NCBI GenBank assembly: GCA_934096735.1
Contig: CAKOMS010000001.1
Location: 29,948 to 93,947, forward strand
Source of the DNA: an uncultured Bacilli bacterium
Lineage (GTDB): Bacteria; Bacillota_I; Bacilli_A; RF39; UBA660
Length of the DNA: 64,000 nucleotides
Direction of reading: 5' to 3'
The position numbers and the translations under genes are program-made. Positions 60,871 through 64,000 of the stretch are shown here, in pieces. The notes beneath the pieces are model-generated. The model had not been told where the DNA came from, did not search any database, and worked only from the letters and a program-made list of their open reading frames with translations. The first letter of the stretch is position 1. Every line of letters starts with the position of its first letter.

Positions 60871-62067
60871 ATGAAAAAAGATATTATTAAATTATTTGCT
60901 GTTATTGCGTTATATGCTTTATCCGGAGGTATGTTTTATTCTTTTGAGGAATTATGGATGATAGATAATATGTTATCTATAAGGACAGTTGGAATAGTCT
61001 TTAGTTTGTGCTCTGTCGTATCTGTTTCTTTAATATTTTTATGTTCTAATTTAATTAGGCAAAAGTATTTAAAAAAATTTGTATTATTTTTATTGATGCT
61101 TAAGAGTTTATTACTTATATCTTTATTTATGTTAAATGGTAGTGGATATAGTGTATTAATAAAATTTATAGTTATTATTGAGTATGCAATAGATAGTGAA
61201 ATATTTACTTGTTTTTATCCGTTATTATCTATGATAAAGAAAGATGATAAAATTTATGCAAGACGTGGTTTAATTAATAGTGGATTTGATTATTTTTCAG
61301 TTTTACTTGGAGGATTTTTAGTAGGAAAAGAATTTTTAGGAATTGTATTTAATTATAATACTATTGTCTTTTTATCCTTTGTTTGTATAGTTATTTCCTT
61401 TTTAATTTTACTTACTATACCTTTTGGAAAATATTTAAGTGATGAAGATAAAAAAGAATATAACTTACTAACCAAATTAGTTCAAAATTTGAATAAAGAT
61501 AAAATATCATTAAATTATTTATTATTCGTTTTAGTTGGTAATATATCTTATTATGGAATTTTAGGACTTAAAACAACTCTTTTTACAAATGACTTAGGCT
61601 TTAGCTTACAAAGTTTTTCAATTTTTAGTGTTGTGGTTGGAATTATTGCAGTATTTATTGGAACTTTAATACTTGAAAAATTTACATTTAAAAATAACTA
61701 TATAAATGCTTTTATTAAATATGGATTTAGAGCAGTATTATTTATTATTGCTATAATACTATCTAATAAATCAGTTTATTTTATAACTCTTTTATATATA
61801 TTACTTATTACAGAATCTTATACACATGTGCTTGATGCACCTTTTATAAATAGATTTGATGATAAACTTCAACTTGCATTTAGTAATTTAAGAGAAATGT
61901 TTTCATATTTTGGAATTGCTATTGGTACATTTTTTTGTGGAATATTGTTAACTTGTGATATTAAATTTAATTTTGTTTTTGCTCTTATATTTTGTATATT
62001 GCAAGTGTTATTTTTGTTTATAGCAATTAATTTAAAAGAGAAGGAGGATAATTGTGATAGGAAATGA
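60871..62067 (+). CDS. Polytopic membrane protein, probable MFS-type transporter
   Basis: About 12 predicted hydrophobic segments; no strong motif. Confidence 0.4.
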   Translation: MKKDIIKLFAVIALYALSGGMFYSFEELWMIDNMLSIRTVGIVFSLCSVVSVSLIFLCSNLIRQKYLKKFVLFLLMLKSLLLISLFMLNGSGYSVLIKFIVIIEYAIDSEIFTCFYPLLSMIKKDDKIYARRGLINSGFDYFSVLLGGFLVGKEFLGIVFNYNTIVFLSFVCIVISFLILLTIPFGKYLSDEDKKEYNLLTKLVQNLNKDKISLNYLLFVLVGNISYYGILGLKTTLFTNDLGFSLQSFSIFSVVVGIIAVFIGTLILEKFTFKNNYINAFIKYGFRAVLFIIAIILSNKSVYFITLLYILLITESYTHVLDAPFINRFDDKLQLAFSNLREMFSYFGIAIGTFFCGILLTCDIKFNFVFALIFCILQVLFLFIAINLKEKEDNCDRK

Positions 62068-62713
62068 TTGGGATAATGTTCTTAGTGTTATAGAGCATAG
62101 TAATGGATTTAAAAACTTTTTAAAAATTATTGAAAACAAATATGAAAATGAAATAGTTTTTCCTGAAAAAAAGAATCTTTTTAATGCACTTAAACTTACT
62201 AGTTATGAAAATACTAAAGTTGTTATTATGGGGCAAGATCCATATCATGGTGTTGGAGAAGCTCATGGTCTTTCTTTTAGTGTACAAGATGGTGTAAAAG
62301 TTCCTCCATCATTACAAAATATTTTTAAAGAATTATATGATGACTTAGGTGTTCCAGTAAGTAAAAGTGGAAATTTAACTAAATGGGCACAAGAAGGTGT
62401 ACTACTTTTAAACTCTGTTCTTACAGTAAAAAAAGATACTCCTGCATCTCATAGAAGTTTAGGTTGGGAGTTACTTACAGATTATATAATTAAAGCTCTT
62501 AATGAAAAGGATACTCCAGTAGTTTTTATTTTATGGGGGAGATTTGCTAAAGAAAAAAAGAAGTATATAACTAATCCAAAGCATTTAGTTTTAACTTCTA
62601 CTCATCCGTCGCCTTTTTCTGCTTATAATGGCTTTTTTGGTAGTAAACCTTTTTCAAAAACTAATGATTTTTTAATTAAAAATAATTTAAAACCGATAGA
62701 TTGGAAACTTTAA
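62054..62713 (+). CDS. ung: Uracil-DNA glycosylase (family 1)
   Basis: GQDPYH water-activating motif, HPSPFS C-terminal motif. Confidence 0.95.
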   Translation: MIGNDWDNVLSVIEHSNGFKNFLKIIENKYENEIVFPEKKNLFNALKLTSYENTKVVIMGQDPYHGVGEAHGLSFSVQDGVKVPPSLQNIFKELYDDLGVPVSKSGNLTKWAQEGVLLLNSVLTVKKDTPASHRSLGWELLTDYIIKALNEKDTPVVFILWGRFAKEKKKYITNPKHLVLTSTHPSPFSAYNGFFGSKPFSKTNDFLIKNNLKPIDWKL

Positions 62714-63237
62714 AAGTTATCCAATCTATCGGTTTTATTATTATAAAAACTTCTTATTTTAAATTTACTTATTTTGCTAACAATACTACTTGGAAATGTT
62801 TTTATTAAAGAATTTGATTTAATTGCTGTTTGATTAAAAACATTTTTTGCTCCGGTTAAAATTTCATCTATTTGTCTAAGTTCATTAACACTATTATTGA
62901 ATTCTACATCTTTGTTTAATTCCAAAAAATCATTTTTTAAATCATTGATTAGTTTTTCGCCTTCATCTAATTTTATATCTTTCTCTATATTTGTCATTAT
63001 GTAATTTCTTAATTCAACATAATCTTTTAAGTAATCTTTTTTATTAGTTACTGATTTAATTCTACCATTTAATGAAATAATTATGTCTAATTTTTTGTTT
63101 AAATTTTCATCAATAATATTTTCTGTAGTATCCATTTTTTCTTTATATTCTTTTAATTTTGAATAGCTACTAAAGTATAGTAGAGCTAAAATAGATATAA
63201 TTACTGCTAAAATTGATATTATAATCCATATGTTCAT
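62710..63237 (-). CDS. LemA-family membrane protein
   Basis: N-terminal TM plus LemA-like helical domain (...IKTFPSSIVSKISKFKIRSFY). Confidence 0.65.
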   Translation of the reverse strand: MNIWIIISILAVIISILALLYFSSYSKLKEYKEKMDTTENIIDENLNKKLDIIISLNGRIKSVTNKKDYLKDYVELRNYIMTNIEKDIKLDEGEKLINDLKNDFLELNKDVEFNNSVNELRQIDEILTGAKNVFNQTAIKSNSLIKTFPSSIVSKISKFKIRSFYNNKTDRLDNF

Positions 63238-63241
63238 ATAA

Positions 63242-64000
63242 TCACTTCTTTCTTTTTAATAAACTTTTAAAATTTGTATCAATTAAATCTTCAATTTCAT
63301 TTTTATTAATTATAATATAAATTACAAGTAGTATAGTTCCAAATATCATTAGAAGTATTATTAAAAGTAATCTACTTTGTATATTATTTATTATAACATG
63401 ATATAGTAAAGATAAAAATATCATAATTATATATGTTACAAATAATTTTGGTAATTTTTCAAATGTTTCTTTATAATTTAAATCATATTTTTTTTGTAAC
63501 TCAATAAGTGGAATTATTAATGATATTGAATAACCAATCAATGTTGATATTATGGCGCCATAGTATGGATATATATTTAATTTGTTCATAAGTAACATTA
63601 GAGGTATATCTAAAGTTAAATTAATAAGTAATCCAGTTATTACTGATACATATATTAATTTGGTTTTATTTAATCCTTGAAGTCCATTACAAATCATTAT
63701 GTACAGTGCATCGATTGATGCAGTAAAAATTAAAAGTTTAAATACTTTTGGTCCATAAATGCTGTTACCATAAAATATTTGCCATATTTCTTTTGAAAAA
63801 ATACTCATGAATATTGATAAAGGTAGTGCTATGTAAAAAAATATTTGAATTATTTTATTAAATTTTTTATTAATGTCCGATTTATCATTTATAGCATTAC
63901 TTTTTGCAATATTTGGTACTAAACTAATTGCAACTCCTGTAGCAATACTTGTTATTATAGCATTTAGTTTGTGTCCCCATGTTGTAAAGATACTACTAAT
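63242..64000 (-). CDS. Polysaccharide/lipid-linked oligosaccharide flippase (MOP superfamily, SpoVB/MurJ-like), C-terminal portion; N-terminus beyond the window end
   Basis: Reading frame stays open to position 64000 on the minus strand; multiple TM helices typical of MOP flippases. Confidence 0.5.
   Translation of the reverse strand: MSSIFTTWGHKLNAIITSIATGVAISLVPNIAKSNAINDKSDINKKFNKIIQIFFYIALPLSIFMSIFSKEIWQIFYGNSIYGPKVFKLLIFTASIDALYIMICNGLQGLNKTKLIYVSVITGLLINLTLDIPLMLLMNKLNIYPYYGAIISTLIGYSISLIIPLIELQKKYDLNYKETFEKLPKLFVTYIIMIFLSLLYHVIINNIQSRLLLIILLMIFGTILLVIYIIINKNEIEDLIDTNFKSLLKRKK

Overview
Extremely AT-rich (about 27% GC) chromosomal segment from an endospore-forming Firmicute with a compact genome. 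Genes are tightly packed, often overlapping by 1-4 nt, and the order closely follows the B. subtilis origin-proximal map. The window holds dnaN(3' part)-[ComK-like]-recF-gyrB-gyrA, then a 1.2-kb non-coding island, then ffs(SRP RNA)-tadA-dnaX-ybaB-recR-bofA-holB-ricT-MTase-pth-mfd-spoVT. Next come [Met T-box]-HAD-dut-metG-tatD-yabE-like-rsmA-yabG-veg-spoVG-yabP-yabQ-divIC-like, clpP(-), a TGS/uridine-kinase fusion, gap-pgk-spo0A-gpmI and a hypothetical membrane protein. The rest is the S10-spc-alpha ribosomal protein cluster (rpsJ...rplQ, with secY-adk-map-infA-rpmJ, no L30), followed directly by parA-parB-DUF951-abgT-ychF, a two-gene insertion (hypothetical plus extracellular PIG-L deacetylase, -), rpsF-ssb-rpsR-HTH-rplI-dnaB helicase, M23 peptidase, walJ-like MBL, rlmH, a membrane transporter, ung, lemA(-) and the 3' part of a MOP-type flippase(-). 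No mobile elements, CRISPR or obvious defence systems are present. The most unusual feature is the 1.2-kb gene-free island downstream of gyrA (6970-8180). It contains six copies of the 18-bp palindrome ATGTTTCACGTGAAACAT, whose 16-bp core is the consensus parS/ParB centromere site; five are perfect and one has a single mismatch. It also contains four perfect copies of ATTTCCCGGGAAAT, the Noc-binding-site (NBS) consensus of the ParB paralog Noc, and the only CCCGGG occurrences in the window. The island therefore looks like a dense ParB/Noc-family binding-site array, a candidate chromosomal super-centromere and membrane-tethering locus, built from degenerate duplicated units with extra conserved flanks. 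Other notable items are an SRP RNA hidden under the 5' end of the tadA ORF call, a ComK-family gene between dnaN and recF, a Met-specific T-box leader in front of a HAD-dut-metG operon, and spo0A sitting in the glycolytic gap-pgk-(tpiA)-gpmI slot.
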